NCBI GenBank assembly: GCA_032057205.1
Contig: DAMCFT010000004.1
Location: 132,890-196,889 of the forward strand
Length of the DNA: 64,000 bases
Direction of reading: 5' to 3'
Origin: Kaistella sp.
GTDB taxonomy: Bacteria; Bacteroidota; Bacteroidia; Flavobacteriales; Weeksellaceae
Every line of letters starts with the position of its first letter. The stretch's first letter is position 1. The notes beneath the pieces are model-generated. The model had not been told where the DNA came from, made no database searches, and worked only from the letters and a program-made list of their open reading frames with translations. The translations under genes were made by a program, and so were the position numbers. Positions 63,648 through 64,000 of the stretch are shown one piece after another.

Positions 63648-64000
63648 TTAAAATACCAGTTCCGGCAAATGGTGCAGTAATTCGGTATTAATGATGGCCG
63701 CGCAGACGGCGGGTTTTTCCCAGTGACCGTTATGCGCGCAATCCAGGAGATAGGACTTTACGGTGGTGCGGTCCGGTAATCCTGCAAGCGTTTCCTCTAC
63801 CTTGATAGCCTGATCATGCTTCCCGGCGAGGATCAGGATCTTGCGGTCGAATTTGATTACTGTTTCCTTGCGGTCCTTTCTTTCGGCCATTGCCTGAACA
63901 GCGGCAATAACACCTTCCTGCTGGGTAGACAAGGCAATTTCTTTTGCTTTTTTAATGGTCCCTTCCAGGATATCGCGCTCGTTGGGGTTAAAGAGATTGG
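63648..64000 (-). CDS. alpha/beta-hydrolase-fold protein, N-terminus outside window
   Basis: The frame stays open upstream of the TTG used by the ORF track (..NLFNPNERDILEGTIKKAKEIALSTQQEG..). The C-terminal ILAGKHD...LLDCAHNGHWEKP is typical of the Asp/His end of the catalytic triad. Confidence 0.6.
   Translation of the reverse strand, partial: NLFNPNERDILEGTIKKAKEIALSTQQEGVIAAVQAMAERKDRKETVIKFDRKILILAGKHDQAIKVEETLAGLPDRTTVKSYLLDCAHNGHWEKPAVCAAIINTELLHHLPELVF

Overview
This is a dense, mostly housekeeping chromosomal segment. It reads as Bacteroidota, class Flavobacteriia (Weeksellaceae/Chryseobacterium-like). That placement is inferred from a T9SS type-B C-terminal sorting domain, TAnnTTTG -7 promoter boxes in front of most first-in-operon genes, the absence of Shine-Dalgarno signals, and rpmB-rpmG-DUF4295-ftsY synteny. 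I call 69 protein-coding genes (two partial at the window edges), one decayed gene remnant, 16 hairpin terminators and 25 candidate promoter boxes. I recognised no rRNA, tRNA, CRISPR array, transposase, integrase or phage gene. Content from left to right: a partial phenylacetate (paa) cluster, hutI, ruvB, an MBL hydrolase, coaE, a 1137-aa T9SS-secreted surface protein, an NPP phosphodiesterase, dinB, PNP-lpxK, ddl-coaD, folA, lemA-TPM-TPM, DUF2807 and dcp. Next comes an AT-rich block of small membrane and outer-membrane genes (beta-barrel protein, DUF3667, CD225/IFITM-like, DUF2752, TonB-C-like). After that: an aminotransferase, murB, rpmB-rpmG-DUF4295, ftsY, sppA, folK, two tandem OmpA-type paralogs, a recQ-family helicase, fmt, tsf, a trmN6-like methyltransferase, an orphan histidine kinase, ribE, pdxA, yceD-rpmF, accB-accC, a DUF2683/YoeB toxin-antitoxin pair and rocD. 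The window ends with a roughly 7-kb low-GC glycosyltransferase island, gltX, accA, ftsE, rpmH and nrnA. Two real small genes are missing from the supplied ORF track (rpmH at 62254-62412 and DUF4295 at 31668-31823), and several track ORFs carry spurious N-terminal extensions. I did not find a self-contained, clearly novel multi-gene system; nothing here looks like a defence island. The most intriguing loci are the overlapping CD225 (IFITM-like)/DUF2752 membrane gene pair, the glycosyltransferase island with two unassignable proteins, the repeat architecture of the T9SS cargo protein, and a RecQ-family helicase with a displaced zinc finger. All family assignments come from motif recognition by eye; no database search was possible.
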